This document shows, piece after piece, positions 48,411 through 63,300 of a DNA stretch of 64,000 nucleotides (within the stretch, counting starts at the first letter, position 1; each line of letters begins with the position of its first letter). The stretch comes from Azolla caroliniana (taxonomy: Eukaryota > Plantae > Polypodiophyta), in NCBI GenBank assembly GCA_043228905.1, contig JBHGNT010000009.1:20646001-20710000 (forward strand), written 5' to 3'. Under the pieces are notes generated by a model that saw only the letters and a list, made by a program, of their open reading frames with translations, did not search any database and was not told the DNA's origin. The translations under genes and the position numbers were made by a program.

Positions 48411-51238
48411 GTATCCCAAGGAGCGTGTAGTTCAACTTATCATCTTAGCACATGTTTTAACCTTAGATGTATTATACCATCATTTGTATGATGAACTTGG
48501 ATCTCCTCATAATCCTAGAGTTCTTGGACTCCCTTTCAAACTCCGCAAATTAGGTAGATGCATGCATACTCCCCTTCAAACACCATCCTAGATAGGTGGT
48601 GTCGACTATGTCACATATATAAAAAGACTTCATGCGATTGAAGTATGTTTAAAGTTGTTATAAGAAAACTCTAATAAGGGGAGATATTACTCGATAAAAG
48701 TTGCATATGAAGTGGTTAGCTCTGTTGTCACCATCGCTTCCCCTGCATAACCTATTTCCTCTCCTACAATCTCTATCGTCATCGCCACCCCTGCACCTAC
48801 GGAAGTGAGTGGCCGCTAAAATCAGCAAGGATTAGCAGAGAAGAATCAATTTATCTTGGTAATCCTCTTCTCTATTCTAAATAAAAGATTTATTCAATAA
48901 AAATTAGGGAAGATACAGTATATAAAAAGGAGAGAGAGGGAATACATTAAGGAAGTACCTACTCAGTCATGGAGGGACCATCGACATCAACGCCCCGGGA
49001 GCGATCCAGTGCATCAACTCTCAACCCAATCTCTGTTGAAGGGACTTTAGACATTAGCCTAGCACCAGAGGATAAAGTGATTGTTATGCAAGAGGTGATT
49101 CGTCTTCAGGCTGTCTCAATAGTGATACATATTTTAGGAAGTTGACCGAGCAAAGGGGATCTTCGACATTTGTTACAAGCTACCATCCAATTAGATTTGG
49201 ATAAAATGATTGACATTCAAATATTAGGACATGGTTGCTATCAATTGGAATTTGAGAACGGCGAATCGGTTTCTTGTCTCTTGTCATTGGGCTCGGTGGA
49301 TCTTAAGGGTGCCCTGGCGATGTTTTATCTGTGGCGTCAAGAATTTAATGCACTTGCTTTACAAGAGGATTCAGCCGCTATGTTCACTTGTACGACGGTT
49401 TTCCCAAATTTGGAGAAAGAATGGAGGAAGATATTGCCTAAACTAGGTGCATCTATTGGTACGGACTTGGCATTTCAGTCATGTACTAAGAATGAGGTTT
49501 TGGAAGGAGGAGCTCCGTCAGTGAAATTACTATGTAGGAAAGGGGACAAATTGCCACAATGGATTCAATTGCCGAAACTAGATGGAAATGCCTTTCAAAA
49601 ACTTCAAAAAGTTGTATATTATGGTTTACCGAATCAATGTTACAGGTGTAGGGAAATAGGTCATATTGCCAAAGCTTGTCCATTGGAACAAGATACTACC
49701 TCGTCTGGTGAAGGTCTTGTTCAAAAATCTTTGCAATGGTAGACCGTGAATAGAAATCAGTTTTTTTGAGAGTTAGGTGGATCTCTAGGGATAGTGTCAG
49801 GTACAAACTTTTCAGATCATGCACCAGCAAAGCTAACTTTGAAATTATGAGTGGCTGTATTTCATGATCATGCTAAGATTCCAAAGTGGATTTTGAAGGA
49901 TGATTCTATTGCAAAGAGTGTTGCTTTCCTTTGGTCTACTATCTTTGCTCCTGACAAGTTAACTAAGGTTTTCGTGGCATTATTTCAGCTTAAGAAACTG
50001 CTTCTTGGAAAGGCTAACGAAAAATGTTTTTTTCTTATCTCTCGATTGGCAAATGCAAGAAGAGGGTTGGCCTCGATTCAATATTTGCAAGAAAGAGATA
50101 TCAATTCAATTTATCTTGAAAACAACTTACGGAAGTTAAGAGACGATATTTTTTTTATGCAATCTAAAATGACTGATTTTAAATACTCTGCATTTGCAGC
50201 AAAATGGTCTCAAAAAGGGGACAAAATGTCCAAATTATTTTTTGATGCAGTTACTCCAAGACCGCGAAAGTTTCAGATGGGTGCATTAAAGAGGGATGAT
50301 GGTACTCTTGCACTAGATCTAGATGAAATGCGAGAGTTGGCATCGCGATATTATGAACAATTGTTGTCTGCTGATGAGGTGAGTCAAAATGTATTGGCAA
50401 TGAGGGGTATAGTTTTCGATAGAACAAAACCATGTGTTACAAATCGAATGGTTCAAACTCTTTTATGCCCTTTTTCTTCTTCTGAGGTTCTGGAAGCATT
50501 AAAATCTTTGGGTTCCGAGGTTTGCTCGGGAGAGGATGGACTAATAAGAGATGTTTTCTTACAGTATTGGGACATTATAGCTGATGATTTAACTAGTGCT
50601 TTTCAGATAATTTTTTATTCAAGAGCTATGCCAGAGGAATGGAAGGAGGGGATGATTTGTCTTATCCCTAAAGGGGATGGAGCCTCGGAGGACATTAGGG
50701 CATGGCGACCGATCACATTACTCAATACAGTTTACAAAATTTATGCTAAGGTATTGGCACTGCATTTGCAACCTTTACTGCCTGATATTATTTATACTTC
50801 TCAGATAGGTTTCATTCAAGATAGAAGTATATTTGATAATATTTTTTTGTTTTGGGAGTTGTCCTCTTCAGCTATGGCAAAGAAAGAGGACTTAGTAATT
50901 TTATTGTTAGATTTTGAAAAGGCCTATGATAGAGTGAATTGGGACTTTTTAGAAGAGGTGATGAGAAGCTTAGGGTTTCCAGAAGTTTGGATTATTGCAG
51001 TGTTAGCTTTGTATAGATTAGCTTATAGTTCTATCTTAGTAGTAGGAGGTAGAGGACAAAGGTTTCAAATGTCACGATCTATTCCCCAAGGGTGTCCGTT
51101 AGCCCCTTTTTTATTTCTTATTGTTGCGGAGGTATTTTCAGCATTTTCTAATTCAGCAGGTGCTGGGATCCAAGGGTTGGTCGCACTGATCTTTAACAAG
51201 ATTATTCTAGATGTGGAGTTTGTAGATGATACAACACT

Positions 51239-54200
51239 TGTTGTCCAGAGGACAGAAATGTAAAATTAGGAAATTAGCAAACGCCGAGTCCGAGTATCAC
51301 GGGCCACCGACGGCTCGGCTGTGTATTAGGGGAAAAGTTATTTAAACGAGGACCGGTACCTCAGAGGGGGGGAGAAGAAAACTATAGGCGGAAGCACTAG
51401 CTTAGTCATTCGAGATTAGATAAACTCGTAAGGTCACCGACCATAGGCCGTGTTCTGTAATCTTTTCTGCCATAGTAATATATCTTATTTGTGCCTATTT
51501 TTGCTGCATGAGTCTGTGCTTTGATCCATACCTATGAGTTTCACGCCGCCACGTCTATCAAGACCTCGCTAGTGTTTTCTCTCTGAGCCCTGTATCTCTC
51601 TCGACGCCTCTGTTACGAGCCTTCACGTACCACGCCCTTGAAGACCGATAGACGCAGATCTATCGAAGGTGTTCACCCAAAGGAACGGGTAACACAATTT
51701 GGCACGCTCAGTTACAGCTGTGAGTGCACAACGAACTTCGTTGAAGGTAACCACCAGCCGCCGTTACGGCGCCCTCTCGCACCACGAGGTCTCGGCCACC
51801 CGCCCGACGCCCTGAGCCAGTCGAAGGAACTTCCGACTCGGCGGTCACTGACCAATCCTTTCCCGATCAATCGAGGGCTTGTCCAGTGCAATCCTCGCCA
51901 CCGGACACTCAATCGTGAGTTGATTCACCATCAGAACCCCCGTCGAGCCCTCCGGAGGTCAATCAACCGGAACTAAACCCTTTTCCGGTGCTACCAGAAG
52001 AACCACAATACGACATCATGTCGTACCCATACCCACGATATACCGACGGACCAGACGCGGAGTCACACGTCCGTGCCTTCATATCCACGTGGCAGGCTAA
52101 CCACTCCACGCACCGCCTCACGCCGGCCGAAATCGATGCCTCGAAGATTGCCGAGTTCACACTCTCCCTCGATGGACCGGCCGCACGATGGTACTCTCGC
52201 CTCGAAATAGGAGAGGCCACCACTTTCCAAATCGTACTCCTTGAACTTTTTCATCGCGAGGTGCCTAAACGGGAACTGCTCCGACAATTCTTCTCTATAT
52301 GCCAGGAACCGCACGAAACGGTCGCGCAGTTCACGATCCGGTTCCAGGATCTCTACAGACAAGTGGCCGATGATGTCTCGGCACAACATATACCAGACAC
52401 TTTCCTATCCAGTTTAAGAGAGCCTCTACGAACGACTCTCGCACTTACAAATTTCGCCAACCATACTATCGAACAAGTCATAACGCGCGTTCTCGCCCTC
52501 GATCGGAACTAGCACGACACGGCTTTCTCGATGACATCCTTGCAAAACACTCTTCCCCAAGAGGACAATCGCTTTCGCCAAGCCCTCCAATGCACTGCGT
52601 GTTCAGGATCAGGGCACTTGGCCCTCGAATTTCCCCACCGACCACAGTGTCCGATCTGTCAGTCTCGAGCTCACACGGTCGAGTAGGGGGAATATAATAT
52701 GTTGAACCGCACAACGATGGCACCGGTCCGCCAGATCGAGCCACGAAATACATGCTCTCGGCAGGACGAGCGATATATCTACCGAAACCAGGATAACGAC
52801 CAACCGCGATCCCCGGATCGATGGTGCCGAGACGACGACTACCAACGTGATAACCGCCGTGATTATTATCGCGATGACTGGCACGACGATTATGCTCGAT
52901 ACGATGACGATCGCGATGATCGGTATGACCGAAGGAACTCATGCATTGATCGGCGAAACGGCAACCGCAACACACGCAACAATAGAAGACCTAATCACAA
53001 CCGCCGATGGGACGCTCCTCAACATGACCAACGCAACTCCAACGCACCTCGGAACAACCCACCACCAAACGAGACTGAGGATCAACAACAACAGCTTCCA
53101 CACACAGACCGAGTGGACACCAGCAGCTCGGCCAACGTGACATGTTTTAAATGTAATCAACCAGGCCACTACGCCACGCAATGTCCGACAACCAACCGTA
53201 GCAAGGCACCCGCGGTAAAAAGTATCATGGCCGATGTTCAAACGGTCACTACCCGGAGTAAAGCGCAGACTACTTAGTGGCAAATCCAGGATGAAGTACG
53301 ACAGGCAGCAAAAGAATGGGTCGACACGGCCAATAAAAATAATGCCGCATGCATGCAAACTGACATGAGGGACGGGCCTAGTGAAGTACCACAAACCCCG
53401 GCACCATCCACGTCATCGGAGGACGACAAGCTATGGGATGTTCTTACCAACTCCCGCATCTCGCTGCCCCTACATAAACTCCTACCACTCATGCCGAGAT
53501 TTCGGGACACCCTGGCGGCACTCCAAGCCAATACTAAGCCCGTGACGCCACCGGTACACCTCACCGAAGCAGGAACCGGTCCACCACTCATGGATTCTCA
53601 GAACCCAGCCGTGCGAATCATCATTAAGGGACAAGACTTGCGCAGATGCATCATCGACGGCGGATCCGGCGTAAACGTTATTAGTGAGTTAACGTGTCTC
53701 AACCTCGGCCTGAATCAATGGGAACCATGCCCCTTTTGGCTTCGGATGGCCAACACCCGCTCCGTTCGCCCCATTGGTTTAATCCGCCATCTCGACTTCA
53801 CACTCGGAGGCCACATGTTCACGATCTCGGCCGTCGTGCTACGACTGGAGACACAAGGCGCCTACCCAATGTTACTAGGTCGACCATGGTTGCGTACAAC
53901 GAATATCAAGCAACATTGGCAACGCAACATGATCTCGTTCCGAAGAGGGAAGACAAAAGTCCGAATCATCACTGAAGAACGAGTCCCCGTCGCCCTCAAC
54001 ACTTCGCCGTTATACGCGGAAAGGGTCCATATGCTCGACGGGTTGGCCGATGAGGAGGTCGATGACTTCCTAGATGATCATCCCACGATCATCCCTCTCT
54101 TCGAAATCAATGCCTTACCAACCATCGAGCCATCTAAAGACGAGGAAGTCACAGAGGAGTCACCACTCCAGGATGAACCCGATGCAACCACAGTTGCGGA

Positions 54201-55649
54201 GCTACGTCATGCTCGGGAGGCTTTCGAACACGAACTCACCATTTCACAACGAGTGAAAGCATCAACCCTGGAAACAATAAACCTCGGTTCGGACGAGAAT
54301 CCTCGTACGGTACAAATTGCCAATACTCTACCAACCGGCGAACGGGCATGCCTCGTAAAATTACTCACCGAATACCAGGATGTTTTCGCTTGGTCTTACA
54401 CCGATATGAAGGGGCTGGATCCTCAATACTACCAACATCAAATTCACATTTTACCCGACACTCGGCCGGTTCAGCAGAGGCGCTATAGGATGAACCCCAA
54501 CTACGCCGCTAAAGTCAAAGAGGAAATTGACAAACTACTCCGAGTGGGCTTCATTCGCCCTGTTAAACGGGCTACATGGTTGAGCCTGATCGTAGTGGTC
54601 CCAAAGAAGAACGGAAAAATCCGCGTCTGCGTCGACTATCGGAAGCTTAACGCGGCAACAATCATCGACGGTTTCCCTCTCCCATTCACGGATAGCGTCC
54701 TCGACACGGTAGCCGGCCACGAATGCTACAGTTTCCTCGACGGGTTCAGCGGCTATAACCAGATAAGAATGCACCCGGAGGATCAGGAGAAAACCGCTTT
54801 CGTCACGGAATGGGGTGTTTTTGTAGCAGAAGTTATGATGTTCGGTCTAAAAACGGCGCTGGCTACGCTCCAGCGCATCATCACCGAAATCTTTCATGAC
54901 TACATCCTGGCGTTGATGCAAGTCTTTCTCGACGATTTCGCCGTGTATGGCCATCGACGAGAACACATGACCCAGTTACGACTCTGCCTGGACCGATGTC
55001 GCCAAGCTCGATTGAGTTTAAACCCGGCGAAATGCGCGTTCTTAGTCACCAGCGGCAACCTTCTCGGCCACATTGTCAGTCAAGAAGGCATCGCTATGGA
55101 CCCGGATAAAGTAAAGACAATTTTTTTAATATTGTTAGTATTTTGTAAGTCGTGGGTCCGACGAACAAGGTCCTGTCCCACGGGCATGCCAGGTGTTGTC
55201 TAGAGGACAGAAATGTAAAATTAGGAAATTAGCAAACGCCGAGTCCGAGTATCACGGGCCACCGACGGCTCGGCTGTGTATTAGGGGAAAAGTTATTTAA
55301 ACGAGGACTAGTACCTCAGAGGGGGGGAGAAGAAAACTATAGGCGGAAGCACTAGCTTAGTCATTCGAGATTAGATAAACTCGTAAGGTCACCGGCCATA
55401 GGCCGTGTTCTGTAATCTTTTCTGCCATAGTAATATATCTTATTTGTGCCTATTTTTGCTGCATGAGTCTGTGCTTTGATCCATACCTATGAGTTTCACG
55501 CCGCCACGTCTATCAAGACCTCGCTAGTGTTTTCTCTCTGAGCCCTGTATCTCTCTCGACGCCTCTGTTACGAGCCTTCACGTACCACGCCCTTGAAGAC
55601 CGATAGACGCGGATCTATCGAAGGTGTTCACCCAAAGGAACGGGTAACA
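51239..55649 (+). mobile_element. Ty3/gypsy (non-chromovirus, possibly Tat-like) element with two 456-bp LTRs (51239-51694, 55194-55649); RNaseH and integrase deleted
   Basis: TG...CA LTRs with about 5 mismatches, and TSD ACACT at 51234-38 and 55650-54. PBS-like TGGCACGCTCAG at 51700. Gag knuckle CFKCNQPGHYATQC, protease IIDGGSGVN, RT FLDGFSGYNQI and FLDD. Confidence 0.93.
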
Positions 55650-57303
55650 ACACTATACTTGCGCGTTGAAGAAGGGAATTTGTATAAAGCACAAGCTGCA
55701 TTGGAAACATTTTGTGTTGCCTCTGGTGCAAAAGTTAATTGGTGTAAATCAGTGGGTTTTTGGGTTTCTAAGCGGCCATTGCCATCATGGAGACCATCTG
55801 AGTTTTTTCGAAGTTTCAGTTCGTTACTTAGGATGTCAGGTTGGTATAAATATGATTAAGGAGCGATTGTTAGCTCCTCTAATGTTATCACTTAGGAAAA
55901 ATTTGTTGATTTGGGACACTACAGAGTTGTCTTTAGTAGGCAGAGTAATGATAACTAATCAAGTTCTTCTTTCAATGATGTGGTATATTGCATCTACATG
56001 TTTGTTCTCTAGATCCTGTTTGTTACAGATTCAACGAATGGTTCGAAACTTTATTTGGATAGGACGAAGTAATAATGATGCTCGTGTGAAGGTAGCTTGG
56101 TCGACACTTATGACACGATTTTCTGATGGTGGTTTAGGGTTGGTAGACCCAGACAACCAATGTAAGGCTCTTTTGGCAAAATTTGTTGTTAGGGCTATGT
56201 TGTTTGCTCAAGGTATATGGTCAGAATTGCTTTTAAATCGATTGTTTGATATTAAACCGTCTACGGGGGGGTTTTGGAAACCATATCTAAGATGGGCATT
56301 CTTGTCAAATTTTAAGATGAGACCGATACATGGTCCAATAGATGGTTTTATGGTTGACATTTGTAAAGCATGGGAAGCTGTTAAGTTGTTTTTTATTTGT
56401 AGATGCCCCTCTTCGAATGAAGAACTATTGCGGCAACCTTGGATTTGGAATTTTATTTTTTCTAATGAAAGGGGTGTATTGCTTGGCAGTAGACCGCGAT
56501 TACAGTGGGCTACGTTGGATAATGGTATAGTTGCCACGGTAGCCTCTTGGGGAAATTATGTTTTCCATCTGAATAATTCACCGCTAGATGCTACCATGTG
56601 TAGAGGTTTTAGAGTTATGTTTGATGAAACTCAATCATCTTTAGGGAATTTTCTCTCTAATTGGTCACCTTCTTTTGAGAATGTTTGGTTTGGATATTTT
56701 ACTCCGATTGGTGTTATTATAGGAGTAAAAGGAACAACATCTCAAGGAGACTGTTACTATTTGATGTGTCTGAGGAAGGAAGATTATGGCATACTGATGT
56801 GGAATCATCAATTTGGCAAACGGCATTGCAACATCCGGTGAGAGTGATTGGTAAATCGGGTAAAAAATGGATTTTAGATCCTCCTCCTTCTAATTGTATG
56901 TTATTTTGCCAACTATGGGTTTTTAAAAAAAAGTCATTGTTGGACTTGCATTGGGATCCATCAGATTATCTTTGGAAACATACAAATCCTTCGTCTCATA
57001 CTAAAGTTTTTCAGTTTTTCCAATATTCAGTGAAGTTGGGACGAAAGTTGCTCTTAAGTAGGAAATTTCATCCGCCATCTGCAATGAAAGTGTGGTTGGC
57101 GAATGGGGCCTCTTTAATGGATGCATCTAAATATTGGAAATGGTTATGGAGTATGCAAATTCCCAAGAAGATTGTCCTTTTTCGCTGGTTTTTGATCGAT
57201 CCATTATGCACTACCAGTTCGGGCTTGGTTGCGGCAATTAGATAGTAAGTCATGTGGTTTTGGTTGTGGATGTATGGTAGAATCAATTAAGCATGTATTG
57301 TGG

Positions 57304-60300
57304 TGTTACGAGCATGACCATTTAATATCCCGTGGTGAGAATTTACCATAGTATTCTATACACGTGGATAAGTGTGAGGGTTAAACGAGAGTGTAAAGAA
57401 GGGGAGGATTACTTTTAATCCTTGGGATTGAGACAACCCATTAGGTCAAGTGTGAACTTGCCTGGGGGCCTTGGGTATCGCTATAAATAAGAGGCCTAGC
57501 TACCCTCATTTGATCATCTTTTGACTACATCGAGACTCTGCTCTTGTGGTGGGTCAACTCTTGTAGCGAGCGCGCCAGCACCAAGTACGACTCGACGCCA
57601 CGGCGGTGGTATGGGACGCCGATCGAGGCTCGAGTCCGTCTCAATCCCTTCGCTCGGGGGTGGTCGGGTGGATCGACACCCTTCTTTTTCTTTCTCCTTT
57701 CTATCTATCATTACTTTATCCTTATCTTAAGCTTACTTTAGTACCTAGATCTCTAATATTTGGTATCAGATTTATGTACTAATGTTTCTTTGTTTTTCAT
57801 TTGTCTTTTGATTGATGGTGATCGATCGATGTGCGGTCGGCCTTGATCCAAACAACGATCAACAAAGAACTTCAGTAACTCTTTCCATAATTTTTTTTTC
57901 TATTCTCTCTTCTCCCATCTAATCACGTGTTTAGTTTATATGTCATTTTAAAACACCTTTGTGTTACTATAGTCACCTGATCTTGAACCTCATCTCATAC
58001 GTCTAGAAGGGTATTGACGTGAGATCATGATATCGATTAATGTTTGCCCATGATATGTTTACATCACGACATGATGTTATGACTATCTCTCTGACCTTAT
58101 CCTATTTCTTTTCCAGAAATAATCTTTAATGGCTCAAATTAACGACCTGATGTCATCCGCTCAAGCGGAAGGAACTCAAGGGAATCCTCTTGGACAAATG
58201 TCCACCGAGATGTATTTGGCACAAATAACCCAATACCTTAATTTCACCGCTCAACATATGACCGAACTTCGGCAATCTCAAAGTGCTCTCGAGGCACGTG
58301 TCATTAGTCTACAACGCGAGACTAATAAACCTGATGAGCGACAAGGTGAACCATCATTTGTCGTTAAGCCATTTACGGGAGACAAAAAGGAAAGAACCGA
58401 AGAAGCAATCTGTACATGGCTGGGACGATGGGAGTCTCATTTTGAGCTCTATCCCACGCCAGATAGTACGAAGATTGCATATGTCGGCCAAGAACTCGGG
58501 GGTAAGGCCGCCGCCTGGTGGCGTGGGCTCCGTACTATGGGGAAATTGCCTGATACCTAGACAGATTTTGTCACGGTTTTTAAGGGCCAATTTCTGCAAC
58601 CTCCCTCTCGAACCGAGGCAGCACAAGCTTTAATGAACCTCTCTAGGAGGAAATTTTCCTCGCTAGAAGACTATGTTCACCATGCTAGAACCCAAATCCA
58701 AAAATCAGGTCTAGAAGGGGACAATTGGTTGATAGCTTGTTTTGTCAATGGCATCCCCAATTCAGACTATCACTAGATAGTGCACGATAAGGATCCAAAA
58801 TCCTTTGAAGAGGCCGTTGAAATAGTTCTTCGCTATCAACGCACTTCGAAGAAGGACCACAACAAACCCAACGAAGCGCCCAGGACTAAGCAGTCGCAAT
58901 TTGTTGGGAAACGCAAGACACCCAACGAATTCCTGGATCGCGATTGTAAGCGACAACATCCTTTTTTCGTATTCTGCAAAAAGAAGGGTCATACAAAAGA
59001 TCAATGTCGAAAGCTCCAACGGAAAGAGCACGACAACAAAGCTAAAGCTGCAGACCATAAAGATCAGATTCCTAATGTCCTTTAGGTCTATACACATCAT
59101 TTAAGTAATTGTCAATGTTCTTTCCCTCACTATGTATTTGGTCCCAATGATTTACTACATGCAAACGGGTATATCAATGGATCTCCCGTACAATTTTTAT
59201 TTGATTCGGGAAGCGCACACAATTTTGTGAATGATCGTTTGGTTCAGATATGGGGAATCCAACCCACCGTAAGTGATCACACCTACATGGTGCACTTGGC
59301 TGATGGAAGAGTACAATACATCAACAGGGCGATTCATTCATTAGGAATTTCTATTGATACTTATATAGAGGAAGTAGATTTCCATGTAATGAATCTTTGT
59401 ACCACCGATGTAATACTGGGTTATCCCTGCTTTTATAATAAAAACTCTTCTTTATTTATTGATTGGGTTCGTCATTCCATTTCTTTTGTACTGAATGATT
59501 GTACGCATTTTATTCAATGTGTAAAAAAACAATCCCTTTCGATTGTTTCCTCGTGTCCATCAATATCTGAGTTGTCTTGTTCTACTCTATTTTATTGTGT
59601 ACTTGATCCGGACATTCACGTTTATAATATCGATAATGTTTCGGTTCAATTAACATATTTTGAACAACAACAACTTGATGAAATCTTAAATGATTTTCAT
59701 GATGTTTTTCCAAGTGAACTACTTGATGGGTTACCTCCTAAACGAAATATAGACCATCGTATAGATATTGTACCTGGTGTTGCACCAATAAGTATACCTC
59801 CGTATCGCTTAAGTCGATCCGAAGAAGACGAGGTATCTAAGCAACTCAAGGACTATTTACGAATGGGTTATATACGTTATAGTAAATATCCATGGGGTGC
59901 ACCAGTTCTCTTGGTTAAAAAGAAAGAGGGCACATGGCGTATGTGTATTAATTACCGACGCTTGAATAAAGTGACGATCAAGAATTCGTATCCATTGCCC
60001 CGGGCTGACGATCTAATTGACCGTCTCCAGGGAGCTCGGTATTTTACGAAACTTAATCTCCGTACTGGCTACCATCAAATACGAATAAGTGAGGACGATG
60101 TTCCTAAAACGGCATTTCGTACGCGCTATGGCCATTACGAGTTTTTGGTTATGCCTTTTGGTTTGACCAATGCTCCGGCTACATTTCAACAAGAAATGAA
60201 TGACATTTTCCGAGAACAACTTGGAAAATTTGTCGTTATTTTCTTGGATGATATTTTAGTTTATAGCCGTACATTACAAGAACATGCTAGACATGTCCGC

Positions 60301-63300
60301 TTTGTTTTACAAACATTGCGTGAAAAACAGTTTTATGCGAAGATCTCAAAATGTGAGTTCTTCAAGAAATCAATTACTTATCTAGGACATCTCATAACCG
60401 AACGAGGAGTTGAAATTGATCCTTCTCGCATTGAGAAAATCAAGCTTTGGCCCACTCTTCGGAATATTCGAGAAGTTCGATCATTCCTTGGTTTTGTTGG
60501 GTTTTTGCGAAAGTCTCTTCGTAATTACTCCCAATTGACGACGCCGTTTACTGATCTTTTAAAAGGTCAAACGCGTTGTCGGGGTAGTTGTGGTTCGTGC
60601 GGCGAAGTCGCAGGGACTAAGGTTAAGGGGAGTTGAAGGAACTTTTATAAGGCTTGCGCTCAAATGTTAGGAAGATAAAGGATATGAAGAATAATAGTTT
60701 AAAGTAATATGTGTGAGAGAGAGACTAGTATAGATAAAAGATAGAGGCAATGTATGATTCAAGACGCAAGATAGAGACAAAGTATGATTTAAGACAAAAA
60801 AGTATATGATATGAACATGATGTGTATTACGAATACAAGATTTTACCAACTTTACAATGTTTGGTAGCAAGATGAACCCTTTCTCTATCGACCCTTGATT
60901 CAAACTCTTGACTCCAACTTGGAAACACGAGCCTCTTCACCAACAAGCTAACTTGTTTGTTTTTTTTTATTATCTTATTTCTCTCACTTTCTCTTGATTC
61001 TCCTCCTTGTTTTCCCTTTCCCCTCTTATATAAGTGTTGCCATGCATATGGTAATGTATGGGAGCATGGCATGCATGAGTTACATGTAATGCATGATCGC
61101 CATTTGGCGCACATGCATTGCATGTGATGAATGATGGCAATGTATGAAAATAGATATGAGATAATTATAATGATGAAAACGCATTCTAAAATAATTAACC
61201 TAGCTTAGTGGTGTATGCTTGGTGCTTGGTATACAAGGTTGAGGGTTCAAGTCCCTCAATTTTACTTAATACAATATATAGCTTCATTCTTATATCATGA
61301 AGCACATTTATTACACACTTTTACAAATAAATAGCCTAGCCTAGTGGTATGTACATTGTACATCGTATATAAGGATGCGGGTTCAAGTCTCTCAAATATT
61401 ATTAAATACAACATTTAAGCTCATTTTTATATCGTGAAGCACATTCTTCACGACAGCGTAAGTCTACAAAACCTATTGTGTGGAATGCTACACTAGACCT
61501 TGCCTTTAAGGAACTCAAGGACCTGGTTTGCAAGGCTCCTTCACTTCTTTTACCTGATCCTTCAAAACCTTTTGAGGTTGAAACCGATGCCAACGATTAT
61601 GTTATAGGTGTTGTCTTGTATCAAGATGGTAAACCAATAGCATTCGAGAGTAAGAAACTTGATTCTGCTCAATGTCGGTATACCGTTCAAGAAAAGGAAT
61701 TATTTGCAGTTATACATGCACTCAAAACATGGCGCCATTATCTTTATGGAAATTGCTTTGTGGTAACTACGGACCACGAGTCTTTGAAATATTTTTGTGA
61801 CCAACAAGACCTGAAAGGTCGTAAGGCACGATGGGCTTATCTCATCCAGGACTTTGATTTTTCCATACGATATCGTAAAGGTTCCATGAACACTGTCGCT
61901 GATGCACTAAGTTGCATCCGTGAAGTTAACATGCTTAGCTTCACTGAAATAACATTAGATCTTTATGATCACCTTCGAGGAAAGTATCCTGATGACAGTT
62001 ATTTTGCAAAATACTGGGCAAGAGTTGAGTCTGGAACAGACACCATCACATCCTCGAAGGAATACTTCCACATTGCTAACGGTTTGCTCTACCGTAATGG
62101 GAAGGTTTGTGTTCCAGATTTACCCGAGGTCAAAAAGAGGATTCTTTTTTAATGCCATGATGCACCCTCAGCAAGGCACCCTGGAATACATCGTACACTC
62201 GTTCTCATCTCCACTCAATTTTATTGGCCTAAGATGCGTCCTGACATACATAGCTATGTGACTAAATGTCACCAGTGTCATGTTAACAAAGCTGAGCGAC
62301 TTAAAGCCGCAGGACTTTTACATCCCTTGGACATTCCCAATAATAAGTGGGAAAGTATATCCATGGATTTTATTGTTAGCCTTCCTCGCACCCAAAAAGG
62401 TCATGATGCCATATGGGTTGTCGTTGATCGACTAACTAAAATGGCCAGATTTATTGCTACTAAAACCACGGTAACAGCTCCTGAATTGGCTTACCAATTC
62501 GTTGACGAATTATTTCGTTTTTATGGGTTACCGATGGATATTGTGAGTGATCGAGATCCAAAGTTTACTAGTGACTTATGGACGCAAGTCTTTTAGAAGT
62601 TAGAAACTACGTTGAGCATGAGCTCCACGGATCATCCTGAATCCGATGGACAGACAGAACGAGTAAATCAAATTATTGAGGATATGTTTCGAGCATACGT
62701 TGGTGCAAAACCAACAAAATGGGAACGTTATCTCCCAATTTTGGAGTTTGCTTATAACAGCTCCAAGCATACGTCGACGGGATATAGTCCTTTTATGTTG
62801 ATGTATGGTTTTCAGCCATGAGCCCGGATTGATGTTAATATACATCATGATGAGTTGCGAAGTACGCAAAACTTTCTTCGGGATATGCAAGATATGTTGC
62901 ATATTGCACGAGATAATATAAAAACTGCTCAAGATAGAGCGCGTTTTTATGCCGATCATCATAGGCAACCTCGTGTATTAAACCTTGGACAGAAGGTATT
63001 TTTACGTGTACCTCACAATTCTAAGACATTGTCTACAGGTAAGTGCGCTAAGTTAGCCCCATGGTTTTGTGGACCTTTTACAATCCTCAAACGCATTGGG
63101 TCATCAGCCTATCGTCTTGCTCTTCCCGATGGTGTTGGAATTCATCTAGTCGTCTAAAAGAACTTCTAGGTTCTGGCGACAATACAGTTACAACTGAAAC
63201 TCTGGTTACTTCTGAAGAATTATCTTCTAAACCACATGTACCAGAAAGAATTCTCGATGTTAAAACAAAAAAATTACGTACTAAAGAAATCCAAGAATTT

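Noticed and set aside
59083-59085. TAG between chromovirus gag and pol as programmed readthrough
   Set aside because: Gag and pol are in the same frame, but the element has several other C-to-T/G-to-A nonsense changes. A CAG-to-TAG mutation is simpler, and there is no CARYYA readthrough context.
61195-61400. Functional tRNA genes
   Set aside because: A and B boxes are present, but no convincing acceptor stem or full cloverleaf can be drawn; reported as tRNA-like modules instead.
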